Positions 49,496 to 62,272 are shown, numbered from the whole stretch's first letter. The stretch is DNA of 63,514 bases, filler included, from Octopus bimaculoides (GCF_001194135.2; 4 parts of 4 records of this genome joined end to end with filler, not necessarily neighbours in it), one strand, 5' to 3'. The notes: generated from the letters alone by a model not told the origin. A program made the numbers and translations.

Positions 49496-50146
49496 ATATT
49501 AGGGACAAAATCCAAAATTACAGGTAAAAACTCAATTAAAATCAATTTATAAAAAATTAAAATTAAATTGAGCTTTATAGNNNNNNNNNNNNNNNNNNNN
49601 NNNNNNNNNNNNNNNNNNNNNNNNNNNNNNNNNNNNNNNNNNNNNNNNNNNNNNNNNNNNNNNNNNNNNNNNNNNNNNNNNNNNNNNNNNNNNNNNNNNN
49701 NNNNNNNNNNNNNNNNNNNNNNNNNNNNNNNNNNNNNNNNNNNNNNNNNNNNNNNNNNNNNNNNNNNNNNNNNNNNNNNNNNNNNNNNNNNNNNNNNNNN
49801 NNNNNNNNNNNNNNNNNNNNNNNNNNNNNNNNNNNNNNNNNNNNNNNNNNNNNNNNNNNNNNNNNNNNNNNNNNNNNNNNNNNNNNNNNNNNNNNNNNNN
49901 NNNNNNNNNNNNNNNNNNNNNNNNNNNNNNNNNNNNNNNNNNNNNNNNNNNNNNNNNNGGATTTTCATCGATGAGTTCTTGAAACTTGGTTATTTTCCCT
50001 AAAACTATATATATATATATATATATAGTTTTAGGGAAAAGAACCAAGGTTCATACTGTGAAACTTATTTTAATTTTAATTTTTAATAAATTGATTTTTA
50101 TTGAGTTTTTACCTGTAATTTTGGATTTTTATCCCTAATATTATTA
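49491..50146. repeat. 78-bp outer inverted repeat with an inner 23-bp palindrome around (TA)n
   Basis: 49491-49568 vs 50069-50146 (about 4 differences); 49985-50007 vs 50026-50048 (1 mismatch). Confidence 0.85.
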
Positions 50147-50717
50147 TTATATATATATATTATAAATGCAAAACGAATTTCTGTGTGTCAGTGTGTCACA
50201 CTTTGACCCCCTTTCTCCCAATTCAATGACACTTCTACTCCTCTTGGTGGGAGTAGAGATGGTGAGGGCGGTAGTAGATTGACAGTTGAGATAGTAATGG
50301 AGGGATAGTAATAGTATGCGCTGTAGTTGTGATAGAGGCGGAGGCGACGGTGATGATGGTGGTGGTGGTGGTGATGGTGGTAGTTGAGGCGGTCAAGCAT
50401 GACGGTTATAGTAAGGGATATGAAAGACGGTGATGATGGTGGTGGAAGGGAAGGTGGCAAAGTGAATGGTGTTGATGGTGGTGGCGTCAGAAGTCTGTGT
50501 GTGGTGATGGTTGAAAACAATCAACAGAAAGAGAGAGAGAGAAAGAAAGAGGTTAGACAGAAAAAAAATTGCACTGACCCCCACCCCTGACTGGAAAGAC
50601 AAAAAATGTTGTTTATCATGAAGCTTTGCAATAAGTTCCAAGTTGACAAATTATATCATTGTTTTGACGAAGATTGTTCATTGCTTGAAAAATATTGGTC
50701 AAGTTTAATAAAATTCA

Positions 50718-51118
50718 ATAAGTAGCTTGCTTACCAGCCACATGGTCCTGGATTCAGTCCCACTGCGTGGCATCTTGGGCAAGTGTTTCTACTATAGCCT
50801 CGGGCTGACCAAAGCCTTGTGAGTGGATTTAGTAGACAGAAACTGAAAGAAGCCTGTCATTAATATATATGTATGTATGTATACGTATGTGTGTGTATAT
50901 GTTTGTGTGTCTGTGTGTCTGTGTTTGTCCCCCCCAACATCGCTTGACAACCAATGCTGGTGTGTTTACGTCCTCATAATTTAGCGGTTCGGCAAAACAG
51001 ACCAATAAAATAAGTACTAGGCTTACAAAGAATAAGTTCTGGGGCTGATTTGCTCAACTAAAGGTGGTGCTCCAGCATGGCCACAGTCAAATGACTGAAA
51101 CAAGTAAAAGAATAAAAG
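50718..51118 (+). mobile_element. SINE family A, near full-length, CpG-decayed
   Basis: taagtagcttgcttaccagccacatgg..gactgaaacaagtaaaagaataaaag. Confidence 0.9.
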
Positions 51119-51209
51119 TATGTACTCAATGCATGAAGTGTCGTTATTGGGCTCCAGGCCCAATGAAGAGCCCTCCACAGGAGCTTGCGATAGGGCAGCT
51201 TTTAAGCTA

Positions 51210-51245
<36 letters not shown>

Positions 51246-52117
51246 AAACTTGAAGTTACTATAAGGTGGGATTGAATCAGGAACATCCTGATTACAAAAC
51301 AAACTTCTATATCATTTAACTACACACACACATGCATGCACACACACATACATGTGCATATCCACTCGCACACATACACACAAGCACATGCATTCGCGTG
51401 TCTGTGTATATGCAGTAGATAAGGCCTCAAAACACTGCGCCAATACGCCCACCATGAATCCATGTTCTGCAAGCAAGTGCTTTATTGTGCTGTTGCTAGG
51501 CAGAATATCATACTCTACCAACATTCCGTCAGTTCACCTAACTGTGGAGAATAGGTACCAAATCATCTGTGAAAGATAACTTTGGTAAATCAACATCATA
51601 TCTTGGAGAAGATATCTTTCAGATGCCCATCACTGTGGTATCACATGGATTTAACAAACAGCTTGGGGGCGGCGAGAGAGAAAGAGAGAAAAATGGAAGA
51701 AAAGATATTATAGATACTAACTCGTTCTCTAATGTTTTCTCACATGAATCTGATACCCATTCCATGGTTATTTGCAAAACAGTTTTCAATCCCTTGATCC
51801 CTTCCCCACCCCATGTCTGCTTGCAAACTATCGTATTTTTCCAGCGTGTTTCAGTATTTTCTCTGAGCATTGCTGTAAAATGCCAATAGTTCATGTGCGA
51901 TATCAATAAACAATATTGGCACCAATCAATTATGGAGCTTCTTTCCTTGAAGTGGTGCTCAAAAGACAATCTCCAAGAACACTTCAATGTACAACAATTT
52001 CATTATAGTAAATAAATAATTGTATAAAGAGACCCAAGATAAAGAGCACTGAAAGTTCCATAGCAACCTCTAAATAGTAATTGACAAAAATAGATAACGA
52101 TGGCACACATGATAGAC

Positions 52118-52388
52118 ACTGGTGCGGTTGTGTGATAAAATGTTTGTTTTCCAACTACAGGGTTCCAGGTTCAGTCCTACATCTCGCACACACACGCACA
52201 CACACACACATGTCTGTATAAATGTATATGTGTACACACATGCAATGATCTTCCACAGTATTTCAATCCACTGATTCCACTCATGGTTGGTTGATGATTA
52301 CAGTAGAAGACACCAAGGTGCTACACACAATCAAACTGAACCTGCAGCCACAAAGTCGCAAAGCTAACTTGTTAACCACACAGCCAAA
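52118..52388. mobile_element. Two degenerate SINE A heads in opposite orientation
   Basis: Plus 52118-52180 (ggttgtgtg..ggttcagtcc); minus 52260-52388. Confidence 0.6.
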
Positions 52389-52911
52389 CAAATATGTTTT
52401 CTAAAGCAACAGCTGTTTAATTGCCCAGCTCTGTGACAATGTTTCATTAATTCGAATGTCAACAAATACAAACAACTGACTTTCCAATCTAAATTTAACG
52501 TTGCCATAAATATCCATTTAGAAATTATGATGGCTTGAAATAATCAGTAAGGCATCAAAGAAAATACCTTCTGGTATTTAGGTATGCCGCTTTATGCGCT
52601 GAGTTCATATCTTTCCCAAGCTGACTTTGCCTTCCACTCTTCCAAGGTTGATAAAATAAGTACGAGCTAATTACTAGAGCCAATGTGATTGACTATATCC
52701 TTGAAGGTGATGCACCAGCATGGGCAGGGAATTACGAGTGAAAACTGTACAAGGATAAATGCAAACAAAACCAAATACTGCTCTTCAAAAAATGGAAGAC
52801 ATCCATTTGGGAATAAAGTGGAACCCAGCAATAGAATATGAGGTTTAATAAGTGAGTGATGTTTATTAGGGACGTTGGACAAACGTATATAGGGAACAAT
52901 GAAATATATTC

Positions 52912-53086
52912 TTTTATTCTTTTACTTGTCTCAGTCATTTGACTGCAGCCATGCTGGAGCACTGCCTTGAAGTGTTGTCAGACAGTTCGACCCCAGGACT
53001 TCTCCAACATTGGTTGTTCAGCGATGATGGGGAGCAAACACAGACACAAAGACAGACAGACAGACAGACATACATTCATACATGCA

Positions 53087-53120
<34 letters not shown>

Positions 53121-53369
53121 AATAAATTTGAGAACGTGTGTCTGTCTGTCTGTCTGTATGTGTGAAACCCTAAAACTCAAGGACTAACCGACTGATTTCA
53201 TTCAAATTTTACACAAAATTTTTCAACTTCTTTCCTGATGCGGGCCCGGAGCAATCTCTTAGACTGGTTCTGTATTATGTGTCAAAAGTGAAACAATAAC
53301 ATCTATACTGTGATATAATATTGTTTCACTTTTATTCTTTCACTTTTAATTCTAATGTATGTATGTATA

Positions 53370-53417
<48 letters not shown>

Positions 53418-53580
53418 ATGTGCTTTTTTCAGTTTCTGTGTACCAAATCCACTCACAAGGATTTGGTCAGCCTGAGGCTATAGTAAAAGATACTTGCCCA
53501 AGATGCCATGCAGTGAGACTGAATCTGGAACCATGTAGTTGGGAAGCAAACTTCTTACCATACAGCCATGCCACGCCTAT
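52912..53580 (-). mobile_element. SINE family A split at its internal microsatellite by a Helitron-like insert
   Basis: Tail 52912-53100 and head 53420-53580 are co-oriented and complementary parts of one copy. Confidence 0.75.
53113..53345 (+). mobile_element. Non-autonomous Helitron-like element (family of 25889)
   Basis: tatataaa..gagaacgtgtgtctgtctgtc..ccctaaaactc..gatttcattcaaattttacac..gtgtcaaaagtgaaacaa shared with 25889-26156. Confidence 0.65.
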
Positions 53581-54119
53581 GATGATGATGATGATGATTT
53601 TTCAATATTTTTTAAGTAAACAAAGAAGAGGTGCTTGTTTACACCGAAATAAACAAGTAGCAAGCAGGAATATTTGTGTCCTTCAAGAGTGCTACGGTGC
53701 CATAAACTCTAGCATAGAATGAATGAGTGCGTGTGTGTGTGTGTATTTTTGGTTGTAAGTGAAACCGCGTAGAAGAAGGTATTCCAAAACGCAAAATCTC
53801 TAAACAGTGTCAAGTGCCAAGAAAAATAACTGAACAGTCTCTTTCAGAATGAAATAACAGGAATGGCTAACATGCGCCATAATCGTTAATTGTCATCATT
53901 TTATCTTCCAGGTTTTTCGTAAACCAGAAACTGATTCATAATTATTCTAAAGGATAGCAACAACAATTGTTTCTGATTTAGGGACAAGGCCAGAAGCTTT
54001 GAGGGGAAGGGAGGGGACTGGTCAATATAACTGACCCCTGTACTAGACTGGCATTTTATTTGATTGACCCAGAAAGGATAAAAAGCAAGGCTGACATCAG
54101 CAGAGTTTGAACTCAAGCC

Positions 54120-54305
54120 AAAATTGACCTTGCCTGTGCTGGTGCCATATAAAAAGCACCCAGTCCACTCTGCAGGGAGGTTGGTGTTAGGAAGGGCATC
54201 CAGCCATAAAAATAAGAGACACAGAAGCCTGGCATAGTCTTCGACCTGGCCAGCTTCTGTCAAACCATCCAACCTGAAGGCAGACATTAAACAATGATGA
54301 TGATG
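54120..54305 (+). mobile_element. RTE family R1 3' UTR/tail
   Basis: ataaaaagcaccc..ttaggaagggcatccagcc..gacattaaacaatgatgatgatg. Confidence 0.8.
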
Positions 54306-54394
54306 AATGTAAAGTGCTGGAATGAATATGGCAGAATATTTTGTTTGATGCTGTCAGTATCCAGCCAATTTGCTGCTGAAATAATAAAAATTCT

Positions 54395-56025
54395 AATTTT
54401 GGCACAAGGCCAGCAATTTAGAGGGGAGTGGGGTGGGGTGGGGAGCCAGTTTCAGAATGTAAAGACAGAAGAAATGCCACTAAGAATTCCGTCTGACATG
54501 CTAACAAATTTGCTACTTCACTGCCTTGAATATTGGTTTCAAATTTTGGCACAAGGCCAGCACTTTCATGGGAGAGTGGGAGGTCGATTACATGTCCCCC
54601 CACCCACCCATTGTTCAAATGGAACTTATTTTGTCGACCTCAAAAGGATGAAAGGCAAAACAGATGTAGGTGGAATTTGAACTCAGAACATAATGACAGA
54701 CGAAATGTCGCTAAGCATTTTGCCCAGAAGGCTAACGATTGTGCCAACTTGCTGTCTTCACTGCCTTGAATATTAATAATTGTTTCTAATGTTAGCACAG
54801 GGCCACCAAGTTTGAGGGAAGGCATAAGTCAAGTAGGTCAACACTTGTGCTCAACAGCTACTTATTTTATTGGCTCCAGAAAGATGACTGGGAAATCTGA
54901 CCTTGGTGGCATTTCAATTCAGAATGCAAAGAGTCTGAAAAAATGCTGCTAAGCATTTTGTTTGGCATGGTAACAATTCTGCCAACTCACCAAAAGGAGG
55001 AAAGACAAAATCAACCTCAGCAGAATTAAAACCCAGAACACAAAGACAGGCAAAATACCCAGCGTGCTAATTCTACCAACTCACTTAAATAATATTGGTT
55101 TCAAATTTTGGCACAAGGCCAGCAATTTCAGGAGAGGGGACAAGTCGATTACATCAACCCCCAGTGTTCAACTGGTACTTACTTTTAATCGACCGCAAAA
55201 GGAGGAAAGGCAAAGTTGACTCTGGCAGCATTTGAATTCAGAACATAAAGTCCGATGAAACGCTGCTAAGCACTTTTCCTGGAATGGTAAACAATTCGGC
55301 CAGCTCGTCACCTTGCCACCTAAAATAATAATAATAATTCTTTCTGCTATAAGCACAAGGCTTGAAACTTGATTGGGGGAGAGGGACATCCGATCACATC
55401 AACCCCAGTGTTTCGCTGGTACTTATTTTATCGACCCCAAAGGATGAAAGACAAAGTCAACCTCAACAGAATTTGAACCCAGAACAATAAAGAGAGGAGA
55501 AATACCACTTGGCATTTTGCCTAGCATGCTAATGACTCTGCCAGTGCGCTAATGATTCTTGCCTTTAAAATGATAATAATAATCTTTTCTACTATAGGCA
55601 CAAGGCCTGGAATTCTGAGCGGTGGAGGGGGTGCTAATCAATTTCAGTGATTCCAGTACTCAGCTTGTACTTATCTTATCAACCCTGAAGAGATGAAAAG
55701 CAAAGTCGACCTCAGCAGCATTTGAACCCAGAATGTAAAGACAGACAAAATGCTGCTAAGCATTTTGTCCGGCATGCTAACAATTCTGCCGACTCCTGAT
55801 GACGACAGTGTTTCAAATTTAGGCACAATGCCAGTAAGCTTGAGTGAAGGGGATTAAATGCTACCATCAACCCCAGTATTTGACTGACTGATACTTTATG
55901 TTATTGACCCAGAGAGAATGAAATGCAAAGTTGACTTTGGTAGGATTTGAATTCAGAATGTAAAGAACCAGAAGAAATACTACAAAGCATTTTTGTCCAA
56001 TGCCCTAATGATTCTGCCAGTCCAG
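54395..56025 (-). repeat. Head-to-tail array of about 8 diverged SINE family C copies
   Basis: Recurrent (ttgg)cacaaggcc..tcgaccc..gatgaaag..atttgaactcagaa..ctaagcattt..ctaac..ttctgcc at about 54395, 54545, 54790, 54995 (partial), 55105, 55350, 55595 and 55815. Confidence 0.85.
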
Positions 56026-56329
56026 ATAATGCAAGGAATCCCAGGAAACAACTGATGTAATGCTTCAAGCTATTTACTGCCCTCCCCCCGACACACAGAG
56101 TCTGACCAGTCACCTGAAGTCCAATTAGTAGATAGACTTGACATTTATCGCTTTACTGGTTTCAGTCACTAGACTGTGGCCCTGCTGGGAAATGTGCCTC
56201 GTAGGATGCAGGTGATTATGTAGATCCCAGTCTTACTTTACTGACAGGTACTTAGTCTATCGAATAAGAGAACAATAAGAAAAAAAATAGATAAGGAGAT
56301 CTGGGTGGGATTTGAACTCAGATTGTTTC

Positions 56330-57624
56330 AATAAAAATGTTTCGTAGAAAAGGAGTAGGTAGTAACTCTATAAGATGTACCCGGTGCAAGCTATGGACAC
56401 ATAAGAGGTGCAGCAACATCAAAGGCAGGTTAACTAGCAAGTTAGTTTTTGTTTGTGGCAGATGTTCAGGTGCAATAAAGACTGCAAACAAACAGGAAAC
56501 AACTTCTATCTCATTCCAGGGTGAAAAACTAGAGGTAGTCGATAGCTTCCGCTATCTGGGCGACCAAGTTAGTAGTGGGGGTGGGTGCGCTGAAAGTGTA
56601 GCTGCTAGAATAAGAATAGCCTGGGCAAAGTTTAGAGAGCTCTTNNNNNNNNNNNNNNNNNNNNNNNNNNNNNNNNNNNNNNNNNNNNNNNNNNNNNNNN
56701 NNNNNNNNNNNNNNNNNNNNNNNNNNNNNNNNNNNNNNNNNNNNNNNNNNNNNNNNNNNNNNNNNNNNNNNNNNNNNNNNNNNNNNNNNNNNNNNNNNNN
56801 NNNNNNNNNNNNNNNNNNNNNNNNNNNNNNNNNNNNNNNNNNNNNNNNNNNNNNNNNNNNNNNNNNNNNNNNNNNNNNNNNNNNNNNNNNNNNNNNNNNN
56901 NNNNNNNNNNNNNNNNNNNNNNNNNNNNNNNNNNNNNNNNNNNNNNNNNNNNNNNNNNNNNNNNNNNNNNNNNNNNNNNNNNNNNNNNNNNNNNNNNNNN
57001 NNNNNNNNNNNNNNNNNNNNNNNNNNNNNNNNNNNNNNNNNNNNNNNNNNNNNNNNNNNNNNNNNNNNNNNNNNNNNNNNNNNNNNNNNNNNNNNNNNNN
57101 NNNNNNNNNNNNNNNNNNNNNNNNNNNNNNNNNNNNNNNNNNNNNNNNNNNNNNNNNNNNNNNNNNNNNNNNNNNNNNNNNNNNNNNNNNNNNNNNNNNN
57201 NNNNNNNNNNNNNNNNNNNNNNNNNNNNNNNNNNNNNNNNNNNNNNNNNNNNNNNNNNNNNNNNNNNNNNNNNNNNNNNNNNNNNNNNNNNNNNNNNNNN
57301 NNNNNNNNNNNNNNNNNNNNNNNNNNNNNNNNNNNNNNNNNNNNNNNNNNNNNNNNNNNNNNNNNNNNNNNNNNNNNNNNNNNNNNNNNNNNNGGCACAT
57401 AAAAGACACCATTTCGAGCGTGGCCGTTTTCGTGCGGGTGACACGTAAAAGCACCCACTACACTCTCTGAGTGGTTGGCGTTAGGAAGGGCATCCAGCTG
57501 TAGAAACTCTGCCAAATCAGACTGGAGCCTGGTGTTGCCATCCGGTTTCACCAGTCCTCAGTCAAATCGTCCAACCCATGCTAGCATGGAAAGCGGACGT
57601 TAAACGATGATGATGATGATGATG
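56330..57624 (+). mobile_element. RTE family R1, young copy, mostly in a gap
   Basis: RKGVGSNSIRCTRCKLWTHKRC..FVCGRCSG..DSFRYLGDQVSSGGG..RIRIAWAKFREL; 3' UTR 57394-57624 ending (gat)n. Confidence 0.9.
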
Positions 57625-57661
57625 AATGTAAGTGTTTTGAAATATCTTCAGTCAGCTTCAA

Positions 57662-57855
57662 GGTAGCAAGCTGGCAGAATCCTTAGCGCACCGGATAAAA
57701 TGCTTGTGTTTCTTCCAGCTCTTCACGTTTTGAGTTCAAATCCTGCTGAGGTCAATCTTGCATGGCATCCCTTCAGAGTCGATAAAATAAAATATCAGTT
57801 AAGCACTGGGGTTGGTTTAATCAACTTGACCTCTCCCCTCAAGACTGCTGGCCTT
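57662..57855 (+). mobile_element. SINE family C, degenerate
   Basis: ggtagcaagctggcagaatccttagc..gagttcaaatcc..gtcgataaaataa..ctgctggcctttg. Confidence 0.8.
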
Positions 57856-58032
57856 TGATCCTACAACAGACCAGCATCCCACTCTGGGGAATGTTCTGAT
57901 CTCAGTTACTTATATATGCCAAGGAAACTGTGTAACCAGACTTATGGGTCCTTGGGCTCCAGAAAAATTAAAAAACAAAAATAAGGGCAACTTCACTCAA
58001 ATATACAAACACAGAAGGTGTAGAAGTTTAAA

Positions 58033-58400
58033 CCCATGGTTCTCAACTGGGGTTCATATGGCCCCTGAGGGTCCATATCAATTTTTTTTTTTTTTTGGGG
58101 GGGGGGGTCCACACAACAAAACAGTAAATCGGGGATCCACAATAGTATTTTAAGGGGCCCTGGAAAGATTTTGCTTCAGATGTATGCTTTAATATGTATT
58201 ATAAGAAACAGATAGGTTTCTTTTTCTAGCATTTTACATAGTTCAACCATCACAAATTAATGTGTGAATAACAAAATGGGAGGAATTTTGAAAGATGTTT
58301 CAATAGAAATAGTTTATGAACATCAAATGGCTAAGGGGGTTCACCAGAATAAAATAGTAATCAAAGGGGTACATAGAAAAAAATGGTTGGGAACCCCTGG
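58033..58400. mobile_element. hAT-type MITE with 8-bp TSD
   Basis: TIRs cccatggttctcaac / gttgggaacccctgg; TSD agtttaaa (58025-58032) / actttaaa (58401-58408). Confidence 0.75.
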
Positions 58401-59090
58401 ACTTTAAACCAATATAGAGAACAGCAATAGGCTGCAGTTGTATTTTATTCAAATACAGCTGAGATGCCAAGTAGACAGCTTTTATGCAGTCACTTGAATG
58501 GCTAGAAATAACAGCCAAATTTCCTTTAACTATTCTGTAACCATATTTCTGTTGAAATACACTGCCTTCGTTTCAGTGAATTTTGAAAATAACGAAAAGT
58601 TCAAGAAAATCATTTTGTCATTATTTAAAATGGTATTTGAAACATAAATTAACATGACAAGTTTTAATTTTGTTAATTTTAAAATGGGAAGTTTGTCTCA
58701 TAGAACTGTTGACAGTCTCAGGTAGGTCGGTAATAAAAAGAGTTAAATTACAAACTGCTGACTTACAGAAAGAAAAAATAAAAAGAAAAGAAACAAAGAA
58801 AAGTACATATATGATTACATTGGATGGCATACTATTAGATACATGATGGCTGAACAAAAAAAACTGGATGGTCATGTCTGGAATCAAAACAACAACAAAC
58901 AAGAGTTTTATGACACACTTAAAAAGTCATCCCCTAACTGCTCATTATATATACAAAGCAACACACACACATATAGATAAAATATACTTTTAATATAAAA
59001 TCATAAATTTATTTGGCACATTTCCCAATCTGATTAAGATGAGAGCCAATATATTTATGAAATCAAACAAAAGATGTATAAAGAGATAGA

Positions 59091-59136
<46 letters not shown>

Positions 59137-59930
59137 NNNNNNNNNNNNNNNNNNNNNNNNNNNNNNNNNNNNNNNNNNNNNNNNNNNNNNNNNNNNNNNN
59201 NNNNNNNNNNNNNNNNNNNNNNNNNNNNNNNNNNNNNNNNNNNNNNNNNNNNNNNNNNNNNNNNNNNNNNNNNNNNNNNTTTTTTTTTTTTTTTTTTTTT
59301 TTTGCTAATGCCATGAGGTGAGAAAAAAAGAAATCTCATATTTTGGATAAAACTCCTTTACATAGAGAAATGAATTGTATTTTTATACAATGGGATGAAG
59401 AGAGAGTAGGACAGGAGTTGAAATTTTCATATTAGGTGCTAAAATGTGACTATTTTGTATAGTATGGTGTACAGTAGAGTTGTACTGAAATGTTGCTGTG
59501 TTTATAGAGTACGGTATAGTATGGTGTATGGTAGAGCTGTAGTACTGTAGTGGCACTGTGTTATTGATAACTGGATTGTATGATAGAATATGGTGTATGG
59601 TAGTACTATAGTGATAATATAGATATGATTGTACTGTATGATAGTCTAACAATTAAAATACTTATCAGTGTTAAATATGTAACTGTATTACTTAGTAATA
59701 ACACAATAAATAATTCATCTAATTATGCATTCATACATATATGAATTTTCATTGATGAAAAGAGAACTCAAATCAATGTTACATCTATTTTGGTGAACAA
59801 ATACCATTTGTTTCATATTAAATGCAAAGTTATGCAACATAAAAGTTGATTGCGACTCATAATGTCTGATGAAGTGAAAGAACCTTAAAATTATTGCATG
59901 AATTGTGTAACATTGCATGTAATATGAAAT

Positions 59931-60322
59931 TGTTGTTGTTGTTGGCACTCCGTCACTTACAACGTCAAGGGTTCCAGTTGATCTGATCGATGGAACAGCC
60001 TGCTCGTGAAATTAACGTGCAAGTGGCTGAGCACTCCACAGACACGTGTACCCTTAACGTAGTTCTCGGGGGATATTCAGCGTGACACAGTGTGACAAGG
60101 CTGACCCTTTGAATTACAGGCACAACAGAAACAGGAAGTAAGAGTGAGAGAAAGTTGTGGTGAAAGAGTACAGCAGGGTTCGCCACCATCCCCTGCCGGA
60201 GCCTCGTGGAGCTTTAGGTGTTTTCGTTCAATAAACACTCACAACGCCCGGTCTGGGAATCGAAACCGCGATCCTATGACCACGAGTCCGCTGCCCTAAC
60301 CACTGGGCCATTGCGCCTCCAC
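59931..60322 (-). mobile_element. SINE family B (tRNA-derived), full-length with 11-bp TSD
   Basis: Minus head gtggaggcgcaatggcccagtggttagggcagcggactcg..ggtttcgattccc; (aac)n tail; TSD taatatgaaat 59920-59930 / 60323-60333. Confidence 0.92.
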
Positions 60323-60619
60323 TAATATGAAATAAATGGTGCTCATTCACCAAAACATATGTAACACTGGTTTGGCTTCCCTTTTCCTCAATCAAAATAA
60401 TTGTTATTCTTTCTGAGAAGATTATAACATTTCTACTTGATATACATGCTGCCTTGGATTGGCAAAAGTGTTCCTTTAATGACTAACCAGAGTAGAACCA
60501 ATCATGCTTTGGTTATTTAAAAAATGTAACCTTTACATCACTTTTCAAAAACTATGCTACCCAGGTTCCCACATGAAGTGCTACTGAGGTGAGTGCATGG
60601 ATTCTACTTATCCTATCAA

Positions 60620-60656
<37 letters not shown>

Positions 60657-60742
60657 NNNNNNNNNNNNNNNNNNNNNNNNNNNNNNNNNNNNNNNNNNNN
60701 NNNNNNNNNNNNNNNNNNNNNNNNNNNNNNNNNNNNNNNNNN

Positions 60743-60973
60743 TGTAGTATATTGTCAACTTAATGTGACAATCCCAATAAGGGAATACACTACTGCCATT
60801 TAGCCCTAGCAAGCTGGACCGCTTCCTGTCGGCCTTGACACAATTACTGTGACACAATTAAGGACACAGTAATTGTGTCAAGGCCGACAGGAAGCGGTCC
60901 AGCTTCCTAGGGCTAAACGGCAGTAGTGTGTTACCTTATTGGGATTGTCACATTAAGTTGACAATATACTACA
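60743..60973. repeat. 109-bp-arm foldback with 13-nt loop in a (TA)n context
   Basis: Arms 60743-60851 and 60865-60973, 4 mismatches; homologous to 19261-19375. Confidence 0.92.
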
Positions 60974-60977
60974 ACTT

Positions 60978-61010
<33 letters not shown>

Positions 61011-61024
61011 AATATATATATGTA

Positions 61025-61265
61025 TTTCTTTATTGCCAACAGGGGGCTAAACACAGAGGGGACAAACAAAGTGATTACATCGACCCCGGTGCGTAACTGG
61101 TACCAATTTAATCGACCCAGAAAGAATTTGAACTCAGGACGTAAGAGCAGACGAAATACCGCTGAGCATTTTGCCCGGTATGCTAACAACTCTGCCAGCT
61201 CGCCTATATATTGTTTGAATAAAGGCAGTGCTCCAGCATGGCTGCAGTCAAATGACTGAAACAAA
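61025..61265. mobile_element. SINE C copy (minus, internally deleted) followed by a SINE A tail (plus)
   Basis: tatttctttattgcc..atcgaccc..gccagctcgcc; then aaggcagtgctccagcatggctgcagtcaaatgactgaaac. Confidence 0.8.
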
Positions 61266-61559
61266 TAAAATATATACACACACACGTTTTTCAATGTGCA
61301 TGTAATGCAAAAAAAAAACAAAAACACTACAATAAGATGGACAAATGTTTTCTTTTTCTTTTTGTGAAAATGATCAGACAGCACCAATGGCTGGAAGTCT
61401 CATTCTTTCATCAGTTGACAATTGGAAATCATTAACTATTTCAACATCTACGGTAATATGGCTCATTCCAATGGCGCTTACAACCCCATGACTCAAAAGC
61501 GTTGCAAGGCTACAGAAGAGTGTGCAGGTAAAAAACAACAAAGTTACAATGGAAAAAGC

Positions 61560-61659
61560 NNNNNNNNNNNNNNNNNNNNNNNNNNNNNNNNNNNNNNNNN
61601 NNNTTAATTAATTAANNNNNNNNNNNNNNNNNNNNNNNNNNNNNNNNNNNNNNNNNNNN
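61560..61659. other. Artificial scaffold spacer
   Basis: 44N-TTAATTAATTAA-44N. Confidence 0.95.
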
Positions 61660-61697
<38 letters not shown>

Positions 61698-62167
61698 CAC
61701 ACACACATTCAATATATATATTCATATATATATATATACACTTACACACATGCATATATATATAATGTATATGTATATTATGCGTGTGTGTGTTTATGTG
61801 TACGCGTGCATGTGTGTGAGTCTGTCTCTGTGAATTGCATATACATAAACATACATATCTATGTATGTATGTATATCATATCCGTAACTAGACTTCATGC
61901 TGAGTAAATATTTGTTATTATAAATCATTTCTTGTCGCTGTATGAACGTATATTAACATACGATATGGTTGGGCATATTTGTCACTATTCTCTTTGTTTA
62001 TATATTCTTAGTTTTAACATACACCATTTGCTTATATTTTTCATTTTTCTTTCTATTTATGCATTCGTCATCTGCTCTTTTCTCTAGCCTTCTAACCTAT
62101 CCAATATATGTATTTACATATCAATTGGTGGCTTGAGGGGTAGTTAGGATGCCGAACAGAGAGGATG

Positions 62168-62272
<105 letters not shown>

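Noticed and set aside
51569-51987. Overlapping 106-aa and 122-aa ORFs in non-repetitive DNA
   Set aside because: No recognisable domain, no convincing splice pair
54395-56025. CRISPR-like repeat-spacer interpretation of the array
   Set aside because: Units are long diverged SINE copies in eukaryotic DNA with no constant short repeat or cas genes
59380-59650. tagta/tgtag-rich periodic tract
   Set aside because: Decayed simple repeat with no higher-order structure
60230-60322. SINE heads as genuine tRNA genes
   Set aside because: A/B boxes are present but there is no complete cloverleaf, and they continue into SINE bodies with TSDs
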